Below are positions 22,185 to 35,317 of a stretch of DNA of 64,000 nt, piece by piece. Position numbers and translations under genes: made by a program. Each line of letters begins with the position of its first letter. Position 1 is the first letter of the stretch. Location: positions 186,001-250,000 of the forward strand of contig JAPMXV010000031.1 in the NCBI GenBank assembly GCA_026936335.1. The letters are read 5' to 3'. This stretch comes from Mantamonas sphyraenae STR306. Lineage: Eukaryota; Protista; CRuMs. Below the pieces are notes generated by a model. It had not been told where the DNA came from and did no database searches. It saw nothing but the letters and a program-made list of their open reading frames with translations.

Positions 22185-24434
22185 ATGGATCTGCTGACCC
22201 ACGACTCCCAGGCGGAAGTCCGCAAGGTGGATCGGGTCCAGTTTGGCATGTTTTCGCCCGAACAGATTGTACGTATCGTGTTTTGCCCTGTCGCTCTCGT
22301 CGTGCTTTTGCCTGCTACAAGCGATCAGCCTCCTCCCTCTCTTCCCGCCACACTCCAGGCCTTTTGTCCGGCTGCCAGCTGCGCACAAGCCCTCCGCGTG
22401 TGTGCTCGTGCATACCAGCTGCTCGCAGACCATACCACACGCCGTTGGGCACAGGCAGTTTCCGTGTTCACAGCGTCTGAGTGGATCCAGCGCCGCTCGT
22501 TCGATGCTCGAGAGGACGTGTTTCTCGCGCGCATCAGACGCCCGTCGACGCTCCTGCACTCTCCATGGCTGTGGCGCCCCCTTGCCCTTGCCCATCCGTG
22601 CACAGGACCCATTCACAGCACGAGGTCACATGTGGCCCTGTACGCAGCTGCCTCCTGCCACCCTGCCACCAGCCCCTGTGCATGTTGTGCCGCGCGCCAA
22701 AACCACCAGACACATGCTTGCCATCCTGCCTCGGCGCCATTGGTCACGTCTCACCTTGCATATGTGCGACACACACCTCCCCACACACTTACACGACCCA
22801 CCCCCTTTGCCTTGGCCCGCTTCCAGACCGAGATGTCCGTGGCGCAAATCAAGCACTCCACCAGTTTCGAGGAAGGCTTCCCCAAGCGCGAGGGCCTCAT
22901 GGACCCGCGCATGGGCGCCGACAGGGAATATTTGTGCGAAACGTACGTGTGCCTCGTCCACTGCTTCATCCACTTCCCTCTCGCCTTCCACGTTCTGCCT
23001 CTGGGTGCAGCTTCCCGTCAAGCGATTTTCCCCTCCGGCTGCATCCGAATTCTCACACACAGCCCGGCGTTTTATGCACACCTGGCTTCGCTGCTCATGC
23101 CTCTCCTGCTCCTCCTTCTCCCCGCACCCACAGCTGCAAAGGCACGTACAGTTCCTGCCCGGGCCATTTCGGCCACATTGACCTGGCCAAGCCCGTCTTC
23201 CATCCCAAGATGATGAAGACGGTGCTCAAGATCCTGCGCTGCGTCTGCTTCCACTGCTCGCGTCTCAAGACCGACTACTCCGACCCCGAGTTCCAACGCG
23301 CTACCAAGATCACTCGTGCCTCGGCTCGCTTCAACCAGATGTACAAACACTGCGCAAAGGCAGATCTCTGCAAGAGCAGCGAACGCGAGAAGGACAACAT
23401 GGACCTTGCCGAGATGAACCCGCGTCAGGCCTGTGGCAACCCGCAGCCTCGTTTCCTCCAGGAGGGCCTTGTGTTTTACTATCAGTACAAGCAGGGCTCC
23501 CTCGAGGAGGGAGCGTCTTACAACAAGGAGCTCCTCACTCCCGAAAAGGTGTGTTACCATGCCCCGGGCCTTGTCTCATGTTTCCCCCTCATCCATCCAC
23601 ACTCATGCTCACACTCGCACCCGTGTCCACATCATCGTCCTTGCAGGTGCTCTCTGTGTTCAAGCGCATCTCCAACGAAGACATCATCTCGCTGGGTTTC
23701 AACCCGCAGCACTCGCGTCCCGAGTGGATGATCATGACTGTGTTCCCCGTGCCTCCGCCTCACGTGCGTCCTTCGGTGCCCTTTGGCGGTCTGCGTACAG
23801 AGGACGACCTCACCTTCAAGCTCACCGAAATCCTCAAAACAAACATCATTCTCAAGAAGCGCGAGCTCAGCGGCGCGCCCACACACGCCGTCGAAGAGTT
23901 TGCCCAGCTGCTGCAGTACCACGTGGCCACCTACATGGACAATGCCATGTCGGGCATCCCGGCAGCCGTCCACAAAACCTCGAACCGGCCCATCAAGAGC
24001 ATTTCCCAGCGTCTCAAGGGCAAAGAGGGACGCCTGCGAGGCAACCTCATGGGCAAGCGTGTCGACTTTTCCGCACGTACTGTCATTACGCCCGACCCTC
24101 TGCTCAGCATTGACGAAGTCGGCGTGCCTCGCTCCATCGCAAGCACGCTCACCTACCCTGAGATTGTGACTCCTTTCAACCTCGAAGAGATGAAGGAGCT
24201 TGTCAACGTCGGCCCAAGCGCACATCCTGGCGCACGCTTCATCATCCGCGACGACGGACGCCGCATCAACCTCGCCCGCGTCGCACGCCTCGAGGACGTG
24301 CACATTTCTCCGGGGTTCATCGTCGAGCGTCACATCCGCAACGGCGACTACATTGTCTTTAACCGCCAGCCAACACTGCACAAGATGAGTATGATGGGCC
24401 ACAAGGTCAAAGTGCTGGTACGTGTTGTGCGCTG

Positions 24435-24470
<36 letters not shown>

Positions 24471-27400
24471 CTTTGTGCCATCAGCAGCTAACCTCTTCCA
24501 CCCCCCCCCCCCTCTTTTCTCTTTCCCACAGCCGTACTCAACCTTCCGCCTCAACTTGTCGTGTACGTCACCGTACAATGCCGACTTTGACGGCGACGAG
24601 ATGAACCTGCACGTGCCGCAGACCATGGAGACGCGCGCAGAGGTGTCGCAGCTCATGCTGTCGCCCAACTTGATTGTGTCGCCGCAGAGCAACAAGCCGG
24701 TCATCGGTATCATCCAGGACACGCTGCTGGCCACGTTCCTGTTCACACGCCGCAACAACTTTATGGAGCGCGACGTGGTGTTCAACCTGATGATGTGGTT
24801 GCCTTCGTTTGACGGCACTCTGCCGCAGCCGGCCATCCTCAAGCCTGTGCCCATGTGGACAGGCAAGCAGATCTTCTCCATGCTGCTGCCCAACCTCAAC
24901 GTGCTGCACAAGAGCAAGTTCCACCCGGACAACGAAAAGTCGTGGATCTCACCGGGCGACTCACGGATCATCATCGACCGCGGCCAACTGATTGCAGGCA
25001 CACTGGACAAAGGTACCATGGGTAGCAGCGGCGGCGGTCTCGTGCATCTCATCTGGAAGGAACACGGTCCCAAGGCCACACGCAACTTTTTGAACAACTG
25101 CCAACGCGTGCTCAACAACTGGATGCTGGGCCACAGCTTCACCATTGGCATCGGCGACACTATCCCGGACGAGATCACGCGTAGGGACATCAACAACACC
25201 ATTGCCGACGCCAAGGAGAATGTGCAGATTCTCGTCGAGCATGCCCAGCAGGGCAAGCTCAACATCAAGCCTGGTGAGTCTGTGCTGGATGCGTTTGAGA
25301 AGGCCGTCAACAAGGAGTTGAACACGGCCGGTCAAAGCGCAGGCAAGAAGGCCGCCGATTCGCTTGACTACACCAACAACGTCAAGGTCACCGTCACGGC
25401 AGGCTCCAAGGGCTCCAACATCAACATCGCACAGATGCTCGCCTGTGTGGGCCAGCAGAACGTCGTCGGCAAGCGTATCCCGTACGGCTTCAAGAACCGC
25501 ACGCTGCCTCACTTTACGCAGGACGACCACGGCCCCGAGTCGCGCGGCTTTGTGGAAAACTCGTACCTCAAGGGCCTCACGCCGCAGGAGTTTTACTTCC
25601 ACGCAATGGGTGGACGAGAGGGACTGATCGATACGGCCGTCAAGACAGCCGAAACCGGATACATGCAGCGCCGTCTGGTGAAGGCCATGGAGGACGTGAT
25701 GATCAAGTACGACGGCACGGTGCGCAATTCGCTGGGTGCCCTCGTGCAGTTTGTGTACGGAGAGGACGGCATGGATGGCACGCAACCAGAGAACCAGTTT
25801 GTGGACTACGTCAAGCTCGACGGCGACGCGTTTGCACGCCGCTACAAGTTTGACGTCGACTCGCCTGCGCTGGACTCGGGCGACATGCTGCAGCCAGAGA
25901 TTGTGGAGCAGCTGCGCGAGAGCCCCGAGGACAGGGCGGCTCTGGACGAGGAGTTTGAGCGGCTGGTGGCAGACAGGCGCCTGCTGCGCACCGAGATCCT
26001 GGAGCCCGGCAACGACAAGGTGATTGTGCCGGTGCACCTGAAGCGTCTGATCACAAACGCACAACGCACATTCCAGGTGGACGAGCGTGCAGCGTCGGAT
26101 CTTCATCCGATGCACGTGCTGGAGGGTGTGGAAAAGATCAGCCAGCAGTTGCGCGTCGTGCACGGCCCGCTGGACGATCCGATCACGCGAGAGATGCAGG
26201 ACAACGCGTCGATGATGTTCAAGATGCTGGTGAGGGAGCACCTGTGCACACGCAAGGTGATTGGCGAGTACAAGCTGAACAGCAAGGCGTTTGACTGGCT
26301 GGTAGAGGAGATCCGTGCACGGTTTATGCAAAGCCAGGTGCAGCCGGGCGAAATGGTGGGCGCGCTGGCAGCGCAGTCGATTGGAGAGCCGGCGACGCAG
26401 ATGACGCTGAACACATTCCATTTCGCCGGCGTGAGTGCGAAGAACGTGACCCTCGGTGTGCCGCGTATCAAGGAAATCATCAACATCCTGCAGAACATCA
26501 AGGCGCGCTCGCTGTCTATTTTCCTGCAGGGCCTGGCCACCGACGATCGCGAGAGCGCCAAGGAGGTGCAGATCCACATGGAGCACACGTCGCTGAGCAA
26601 GCTGTGCAGCAGCACGCAGATCTACTACGATCCGGACCCGATGAACACGGTGGTGCACGAGGACCGCGAGTTTGTCGAGTCGTACTACGAGATGAACGAG
26701 ACGGCGGTGGTGTCGCCGTGGCTGCTGCGCATGGAGCTGGACAAGCAGGTGAAGATTGACAAGCGCCTGGACATGGCAGACATTGCGCAGAAGATTGCCG
26801 ATTTGTACGGCGACGACGTGCAGTGTGTGTTTTCGGACGACAACGCAGACAAGCTTGTGTTGCGTGTGCGCCTGAACGCGGAGGACGAGGGCAAGATGGC
26901 GGAGGACGGAGCAACGACCACGGACGAGGACATCAAGTTTTTGCGCTCGCTGGAGTCGGCCATGCTGAACACGGTGGATTTGCGTGGTGTGCCGGAGCTG
27001 GAGAAGGTGACGATGCACAAGGAGTCGTTCGACAGGCTGAACCCGGACACGGACGAGTTTGAGAAGAAGGAGGAATGGGTGCTGTACACAAAGGGGTCCA
27101 ACATGCTGACGGTGCTGAGCCACCATCCATCTGTGGACCACACGCGTACGGTGTCCAACCACATCCCCGAGGTGTGCGAGGTGCTGGGCATCGAGGCGGT
27201 ACGTGCGTCGATCCTGGCAGAAATCCGCGAGGTGCTCAAGGCGTACTCGCTGTACGTGAACTACCGCCATCTGAGCGTGCTGTGTGACGTGATGACGTAC
27301 CGCGGCCATCTGACAAGTGTGACGCGCCACGGTATCAACCGCGTGTCGAGCGGCCCCTTGATGCGTTCGTCCTTTGAGGAGACGGTGGACATCCTCATCG

Positions 27401-28269
27401 ACGCAGCCATGTATGCAGAGGATGACCCGCTGACAGGCGTGAGTGACAACCTCATCCTGGGCCAGATGGCGCCTCTGGGCACTGGTAGCTTCGACGTGCT
27501 GCTGGACGAGGAGAAGCTGGAGGGAGTGCAGACGTGGGGCGACAGCTGGGCGGCTGCTGGCGAAGGGTGGGGCATGCATGGCGCTGGAGGCATGAGTCCA
27601 GGCATGGTGATGACCCCGGAGTACCAACTCGCCACACCGGGCCAGTATGCAGGCATGAGCCCCGGAGGCGAGGACCTTGCGTTTTCTCCCGGGCCCAGTT
27701 TCTCGCCCGTCGCTAGTCCCTTTGGAGGCGACTGGCAGAAGAGCCCCAGCCAGGGCATGCCTTCTGGAAGTAGCAGCCCCAGCTTTTCGCCGAGCAGCCC
27801 GAGCTACTCGCCGACAAGTCCGAGTTACTCGCCGACCAGCCCGAGCTATTCCCCCACCAGCCCGAGTTACTCGCCAACCAGCCCGAGTTACTCGCCGACC
27901 AGCCCGAGCTATTCCCCCACAAGCCCGAGCTATTCGCCCACAAGCCCGAGCTATTCGCCGACCAGCCCGAGTTACTCTCCTACCAGTCCAAGCTATTCTC
28001 CCACAAGCCCCAGCTACTCGCCGACGAGCCCAAGCTACTCGCCGACCAGCCCCAGCTATTCGCCGACCAGCCCGAGCTACTCGCCGACGAGCCCAAGCTA
28101 TTCGCCTACCAGCCCCAGCTATTCGCCGACCAGCCCAAGCTATTCGCCGACCAGCCCAAGCTACTCTCCTACCAGCCCCAGCTATTCTCCCACGAGCCCG
28201 AGCTACTCTCCCACCAGCCCGAGCTACTCGCCCAGCAGCCCCAGCTACTCTCCTGGAGACAACAACTAA
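22185..28269 (+). CDS. RPB1: RNA polymerase II largest subunit
   Basis: VQFG, GLMDPRMG, CPGHFGHI, GNLMGKRVDFSART, catalytic YNADFDGDEMN, GEPATQMTLNTFH, CTD heptads. Four introns (~22269-22826, ~22943-23133, ~23549-23646, ~24418-24531). Confidence 0.98.
24435..24462. repeat. (GT)n microsatellite in RPB1 intron 4
   Basis: gtgtgtgtg run, followed by a poly-C tract near the acceptor. Confidence 0.85.
27784..28266 (+). repeat. RPB1 CTD heptad repeat array (21-nt unit)
   Basis: 20 consecutive perfect YSPTSPS (27805-28224), preceded by FSPSSPS and followed by YSPSSPS, YSPGDNN. Confidence 0.95.
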
Positions 28270-28360
28270 CACAAAAATCAAGCAATGAAATGAAGAGAGT
28301 GTTGTGGCAGCTTGGGTTTTGTTGTTGTTGTGAAACAGTGTGAAGTGTGCGATGCCGTGT

Positions 28361-30581
28361 TTAGAGCTCGTCGTGCTCCGGGGCATCGTCGCCCGCTGCG
28401 CCGGCTCCAGCGTCGGCGCCACCAGCGCCTCCGGCGCCGGCCTCGTACAGCTTGCTCATGAGCGGCTGGATCTCCTTGGAGACCTCCTCCTGCTTTTGGG
28501 CAAAGTCCTCGGCGCTGGCCTCGCTGGCGCCGTCGAGCCAGGTGAGGGCTTCCTGAACCTTGCCCTCGACCTCCTTGATCTCGTCTTCCGACAGCTTGCC
28601 CTCGACCTTGTCCTTGTCGCTCAGGGTGTTCTTCACCGTGTAGAGGTAGCTCTCGAGCGCGTTCCTCTTCTCCACACGCTCCTTGACCTTCTTGTCTTCC
28701 TCGGCAAAGCGCTCTCCATCCTCAACCATCTTCTTGATCTCCTCATCGCTGAGGCGACCCTTGTCGTTGGTAATCTTGATGGTTTCGCGCTTGTTGCTCT
28801 GCTTGTCCACGGCGCTGACGTGCAGGATGCCGTCGACGTCGATCTCAAAGGTCACCTCGATTTGCGGCTGACCGCGAGGAGCCGGGGCGATGCCGGTGAG
28901 GTCAAACTTGCCCAGCTCGTGGTTGTCCTTGGTCTGTGCGCGCTCACCCTCAAACACCTGGATGGTGACGGAGGGCTGGTTGTCCTGGTAGGTGGTGAAT
29001 GTCTGGGACTTCTTGGTGGGCACGACGGTGTTGCGCTCAATGAGCTTGGTCATGACGCCGCCCACGGTCTCGATACCGAGCGACAGGGGCGTGACGTCGA
29101 GGAGGACCACATCCTGTGTGTCCTGGTCGCCTGCAAGGACACCACCCTGGACGGCTGCACCGTAGGCGACAGCCTCGTCCGGGTTGATGCCGCGGTTGGG
29201 CTCCTTGCCGTTGAAAAAGTCCTTGAGCAGCTGCTGCACCTTGGGGATGCGCGTGGAGCCGCCGACGAGCACGACCTCGTCGATCTCGTTCTTGCTGAGC
29301 TCGGCGTCCTTGAGGACGGCGCTCACGGGCTTCATGGTCTTGCGGAAAAGGTCCATGTTGAGCTCCTCGAAGCGAGCGCGAGTGAGGGGCTGCGAGAAGT
29401 CTTCGCCCTCAAAGAAGGACTCGATCTCGATGACAGTCTGGTGCTGCGAACTGAGGGTGCGCTTGGCACGCTCGACGGCGCGACGCAGCTTCTGGACACT
29501 CTTCTTGTTGCCGCTGACGTCCTTGCCGGTCTTGCGCTTGTACAAGTTGATGAGGTGCTGCATGACGCGCTGGTCAAAGTCCTCGCCACCGAGATGGGTG
29601 TCGCCGTTGGTGGCCATGACCTCAAACACACCGTTGTCGATGGTGAGCACAGAGACGTCAAACGTACCTCCGCCCAGATCGTACACAAGGATGTTCTTCT
29701 CCTTGCCCTTCTTGTCCAGACCGTAGGCGATGGCTGCGGCCGTGGGCTCGTTGATGATGCGCAGGATGTTGAGGCCTGCAATCTTGCCGGCGTCCTTGGT
29801 GGCCTGGCGCTGAGCGTCGTTGAAGTAAGCGGGCACAGTGACCACGGCGTTCTTCACCGGCTGGCCCAGGTATGCCTCGGCAATCTCCTTCATCTTGCCC
29901 AGGACCATGGCCGAGATCTGCTCGGGCGAGAACGTCTCGTCCTTGCCCTTGACCTGCACCGTCACGTACGGCTTGCCGTCCTTGTTGGTAAGGCGGTACG
30001 GCAGCAGCTTGCGGTCGCGCGTCACAGTCTCATCGGTGAACCTGGGGAACGGAAGGAGGGAGGGAGGGTTCTTGGTTAGTCATCGTGTCTGCGGCCCGTA
30101 CTCTTGTCACCCTGGGTCTGGAAAGGAAAGACAAAAACTCACTTGCGGCCAATCAGGCGCTTGACGTCAAAGACGGTGTTGGTGGGGTTGGTGGCAGCCT
30201 GGTACTTGGCTGCGTCACCAATGAGTCGCTCCTTCTCGGTAAAGGCGACGTAGGACGGTGTGATACGGTTGCCCTGCTCGTTGGCGATGATTTCCACGCG
30301 GCCGTTCTGGTAGATACCAACACAGCTGTACGTGGTTCCCAAATCAATACCAATGACAGGGAACAGGTTCTCCTGCTTGGCTTGATCCTCTGCGGCGTGG
30401 ACACAGACAACCACGAGGAGAAACAGTGCGACTGTGGGAGGGCGGAGTGAAACACGCCGTCGTCGTGTCAGTTTCCGTTTTCCGCATTCCGCCTCTCACT
30501 TTGGCCCTCTCTGCGCGCCCGCAGGGGCCCGGCCATGCCGCTCTGTGCTCACGTACTATAGGAACTCGATGCGATCTTCAT
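28361..30581 (-). CDS. HSPA5: ER luminal Hsp70 (BiP/GRP78)
   Basis: Signal peptide [21 protein letters not shown] (spliced), [33 protein letters not shown]-terminal HDEL. Introns 30432-30556 and 30042-30142. Confidence 0.97.
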
Positions 30582-30660
30582 GACTCTGACGATGGACTGC
30601 GTACAAAGAGTGATGCTGTGTTTGTTGGCGAGTGTGTGGCCTGTTAGTTTTCTTTCCGGA

Positions 30661-30914
30661 GATGACGTCAACACACATGCGGCCCTCCACACACGCCCGT
30701 ACACGCGCACGTCTGCCCTCCATGCATCCTCGTGCCCTGCTGCACATTCTCTCCACACGTTGGCTTCATGGATCCCTCTGGCGACACGTCTGCATCTCTG
30801 TTCAACCTACACGAAGGGTTTTCGATTTCGTTGGTCGAGCTCGTGCGACGTCGCTCGCCGCTCTTGAACCATTCGCCCCGGCCCCAAATTTTTCCAGGAT
30901 CCTCCGACGTCATC
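30661..30914. promoter_or_regulatory. Putative bZIP/UPR element cluster in the BiP-SLC43 divergent promoter
   Basis: Six ACGT cores in ~250 bp, including GATGACGT on + (30661) and on - (30907-30914). Confidence 0.35.
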
Positions 30915-30962
30915 AACGAAGGATCCCGATGTTTCTCGAACCAACTGCACATCCACCACCCA

Positions 30963-32509
30963 ATGGGTGTGTGCACATGTGCACATTTCATGCGTGTGCA
31001 TCTCTTGCAGCGTGCACTCTCCTGGACGCCGCGGCTGCATCCAGAACAAGTCGCCAGGGCCCACGGATGCAGGTGCGCACATCGTGAGAACTTTCTCTCA
31101 TGCCTCTCACATGCGTAAACAACGTGTCTCACACCACCGCTTCTGTGTCCCACCGCTTGCAGACTGCCTCGGCCGAGGCGGAGCCAGCGGCGGATCGCCG
31201 TTTCCGCATTGTGCTCGTTTGCCACGCCCTGTTCTGCACCCTTCTCTCCTGCGGCATCATCTACGGCTTTGGCGCCTTGTCGTCCATCATGAGGCGTGAG
31301 GGCATTCTGTCGACGCTGTGTGGCCCCACCGCAAGCCAGGGGACGTGTGCAGAGCAAGAGGTGGCCTTTGCCTTTGCCTTTGTCCTCGCAGCAGGCGTCA
31401 CACAGTCCTCCATCCTCGTCCATGGCCCTCTTATGGACAAATTTGGTCTCAAACCCACACTGTTCCCGCTCACAACGTATCTTCCTGCCGTTCTGGGCTG
31501 TGCTCTCCTGCTCGTTTCCCAACAATCCGCTGCTGGCCTCACCATTGGCCTGTCCGTTCTGGTGGCAGGAGGACCTGCCTCGCAACTCTCTGTCCTCAAG
31601 TTTGCTTCCCTGTTTCCAGCCCACGAGGATGCCATTGTCGGCGCCAGTGTGCTGTGTGCCGGCGGCTCGTCGAGCGTTTTTCTTGCTGCCCAGGCCCTGC
31701 AGCTGTCCTGGACCCAGCTTTGGCTAATCTACGGCGCCCTGGCCATTGTACTGGCCATTTCGTCTGCCATTCTTCTGCGCAACGACCACCCTGTCCTCAA
31801 CCCGGTCCCTGTGGACACGGCGCAGCCCTCCGCCCCGTTGCACGCCGTCCTCGTGTCACCTCTCTTTCTCCGCTTCATGGTGTGGATGGTCGGTGTGCTT
31901 CTGTTTGCCCAGTTTCATCTCGGCACCCTCTCTGTCCGCCTCGTCCTCATGGGGCTCACCGCAGCCGACGCGTCGCTCCTCCTCACCGTGTTTGGCCTCG
32001 TTCTCGCCGTCTCTGGCTTTGTTGCGCCTCTGCATGGCCTTGTGGTACAACGATCGCCTCGTACAGCGTTTTCCGTGGTTAACTTCTGCAGTCTTGCCGC
32101 GTTGCTCGGCGCCATGTCCATGCTGCCCGACTTGCAGCTCCCATCCATCATTCTGGTGTGCATCGCACGCCACACCCTCTTCACAAGCGCCTTCAGCTAT
32201 GTGCAATCCAACTTTCCCAACAACCATCTGGGACGATTGACAGGCATTATGCTGGCCGGCTCGGCCGCAGTCACTACCGTCATCCAGCTTCTGTTGGTTC
32301 CGCTTGCCCTCGAGTGGGTCCAACCGCCTACATTTCTCTACGCAGACATTGTTGTGCTTGTCTTTCTTCTGTTTGCCTGTGTATATCCGTTCGTCACCGA
32401 TGTGGCAACTCCGTGGCGGCCGGCGGAGGCACCGGTCGTTGGCAAGACTACGCTCGTGGTCATCCCGTTGCAAGACAGCGTGGCAACGGTGAAAGAGGTG
32501 GAATCATGA
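30963..32509 (+). CDS. MFS transporter, SLC43/LAT3/FMP42 family
   Basis: CGIIYGFGALSSIMRREGILSTLC...CAEQE...GPLMDKFG, FPNNHLGRLTG, about 12 hydrophobic segments. Two short 5' introns give the N-terminus MACTLLDAAAAS; the start is tentative. Confidence 0.75.
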
Positions 32510-32544
32510 CAGAGGAACCGTGTTGTGATTTTCCACTCACCAAC

Positions 32545-35226
32545 TCAATGCAGCTTGCGCAGAAACGCTTGCGCTTCGTCGTCGTCCCGCCTGTGGTTCA
32601 ACACCTTGACAATCTCCCTGCGACTGGCCAGCTGTTGCTTGCCGTAATCCTCCACCAGCTCGCTGGTGCTGATCTGCACCAAACCCAGCAGCATTTGCAA
32701 CCTGTTGACGCTGGCGTTCATCTCATCCATGCCCAGACCGTGTTCCGTGTCGTCCACAGGGTCCCGTGCGTTGAAGAAGCACTCGATGATTTGCAGATCG
32801 TCCATGAGCAGCAGGGCGTCGTCTGCTTCAAAGCACCGCTCCGGACCGCCATCCAGGATGACGCGTTCGTAGGCGTGGCAAAATTCACGAAACACGGCAG
32901 CCGCCACCTCATCGCTCAGGTCACTGTCCACCAGCGAGTGGCTACCACACAAGGTGGCCATGATTGAGTCGAGCTCGTTCATCACCAGCATCACGGTGCA
33001 GTCGGCCACACTGGGCACATACAACTCCTCCATCATGAGGTCGCGCAACGAGTACCAGATCACACGCAAGGCAATGTAGTCCACCATGGTGTGCATGCAG
33101 TTCTGCATCTCCTGCACCATGCCTTCGCACGTCTTTTCCAGACCCGTTGTGTCCGCCATGGCCGGCAACGTGGACACAATCCGGTTGCGTTGCGACTCGA
33201 GCGATTCGACCACAAAGTGCATGTTGTTCAGGCGCAGCAGGAGCTCGTCCCACGTCTGGGCCTCCACACGCTGCAGCACCATCGGATCCAGCTCCACCAG
33301 GTGTTTGCTCGATCCTTTTGCCTTGTGCTTCAGATTCGACACCACGCGCTTCATTCGACCGGTCTTGATCTCCGGCAACGGCGGCTCCATTTCAAAGCGG
33401 CTGCGGCACACCTGTGTCACCGTCTTGCAGTACCGCACCGCGCTGCCAAACACGAGCTTGGTGAAGGCCTCGGCAAACGGCTGTGAGGCAAAGACGTTGT
33501 ACGACTCAAACACACCCACGCCCTGGGCCAGCAGCTGCATGAGGTCCACACACGATGGTGTGCGTGCCACATTGGCCGACAGCGGCTGCCATGTCTCCTG
33601 TGCAAAGAACTGCGGGATCATCGAATTCCACTCGCTGGACACCCTCTTGAGCCACCCTGCACACAGAGGGTTGTACACCTCCTGGAACGACAGATCCAGC
33701 GATTGTCCCCGTGGCAGCGCACTCTGGATCAGCCGCTCCACCGCTCCCAGCTCTTCAAAGATTTCCAGCGCCTCCTCGTCCAGCTCCGTGTACTGTGTCT
33801 CCAGCCGCTGGCCAATCTCGTTGTAGCAGCTCTTGAGAAGTACAGTCAGCACGATGGCTGGTCCGCTGGGAAATACGTCTGTGATCTGCCCGGTAAAGTA
33901 CTGGAGATTGAGATTGCCGTTGTGAGTGTTTTGCCCTTGCAGCTCTCTCTGCCTCTCTGCCCCCCTCTCTCTCTCTCACACACAAATCCATCACTGGCAA
34001 CATACGTCGAGTTCGACCTCAATCTCGTTCTTGAGGGTGCCTACAAAGTCGCGGACTCCCTGCGGGGTGTCCAGGGACGCACCCTGCAGGGCAGTCTGGT
34101 ACATCATGGCAATGGAGGACGGGAGGCTGGTGCGCAGTGACTCGAGCATACGTTCGTCGTGTTGACTGTGCTCCACGCCGCCGCATGCCGCGGAAAGAAT
34201 GTACACGGTTTGCGGAAACTGGTCGGGATTGAGCATGAATCGCTCCCTGTAGTCCTGGCACTGTTCCACACACGTGGCACGCACTCGTGCACGTAGTTGC
34301 TCGGCATAGTGGGCTGCCACCACGTTGTGCGACTCGTGTTGGTCGTTGATCTCGCCCATGTGCAGGAGCAGAGTGTCTCCCATGGTTTCGGTCTTTGTGC
34401 GTTCGATGCACCGGTGCACCGCATCACACCAGGCAATGGAGGCCAGGCTGGAGTCGATGCCGCACAGCTGGGCCACTGGGACCAGGCCAGAGCGCACTTC
34501 GTCTGCGTTGTACCCTAGATTGCCCTCGTCGTCGAAACAGGCCGCAAGGAGCTGGGTGTACACGCGCACATTGAGTGGGTAGGGCATGCAAACGGCCGCC
34601 TGCAGCGAGTTGAGCGAGCTGGTTTGCTCGCGTGTGTCCATGCGTCCCACGTAGCCGTCCTTGAGTTTGCGCAACTCGGTCAGAAACTCTTCCGAGGCCG
34701 GCTTGAGCTGGATGAGGGCGTTGAACATGGTGACGCAGTTGTTCAACAATGCCTGCACCTGTTGCGTGTTGGCTGCCTTGTTCATGAGGTCAAACACGAC
34801 GCCGTGGAGCAGCAGCGAGCACTGGAGTTGCAGCCACTCTTCCGCCTCGCCACTCTCCAGTTTGCCTGGCTGATAGGCGGCCAGCAGCAGCAATGGGTAA
34901 TGGAAGCTGTGTGTGGCCGTGTCGTCCATGGAGCCCAGCAGTGCTTGCTGTGTGCTGCTCACGTTGGCAGTGTCCAACACAAGGCCCTTGCTCAGCAGCG
35001 TGTGCACCTTGCTGCTGATGTTTAGGAAGGGTCGCACTGTGCGATACACAAACTCTTGCGTGTCATCCTGCGGCTTGTCCAATCCAATGAAGCCCGTGGC
35101 CTGCAGCAGCGTCTGGTACGCGGCTCGCTGTGCCTGGCTGCCCTCTGGCGTCAGCTGCAGCCACGACGGCAGGCTCTGCGCCATGGCGCTGTGCACGAAT
35201 GCGTACGCCTCTGCGTTCAGCGGCAT
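32545..35226 (-). CDS. Munc13-homology (MUN/DUF810, PATROL1-like) tethering protein
   Basis: PYPLNVRVYTQLLAACFD, QETWQP, LLLRLNNMHF, LYVPSV, YERVILDGGPERCF...DDLQIIECFF, VLNHRRDDDEAQAFLRK; one intron near 33890-34005. Confidence 0.75.
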
Positions 35227-35317
35227 GTCACCTTGCACCTGTCGGTTTGGCGTTTGTTGTTGGTCTGCGCCCGTGCGGGCACGCACATCGTTCCTTTAGC
35301 CCCCTTCGTCCCCAGGA

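Noticed and set aside
27805-28245. 21-bp direct-repeat array resembling CRISPR or a minisatellite
   Set aside because: No spacers; variation is confined to synonymous positions of YSPTSPS.
24961-28422. 1153-aa minus-strand ORF with RRIAWAG/RRVARAG repeats
   Set aside because: Antisense shadow of RPB1; the repeats mirror the CTD heptads.
28340-30079. 579-aa + strand ORF antisense to BiP
   Set aside because: Long antisense frames opposite Hsp70 genes are a known by-product of codon bias; no independent motifs.
30930-31097. HSE-like TTCnnGAA / GAAnnTTC strings near BiP
   Set aside because: Only two-unit matches, far from the BiP ATG, one inside a predicted intron; expected by chance.
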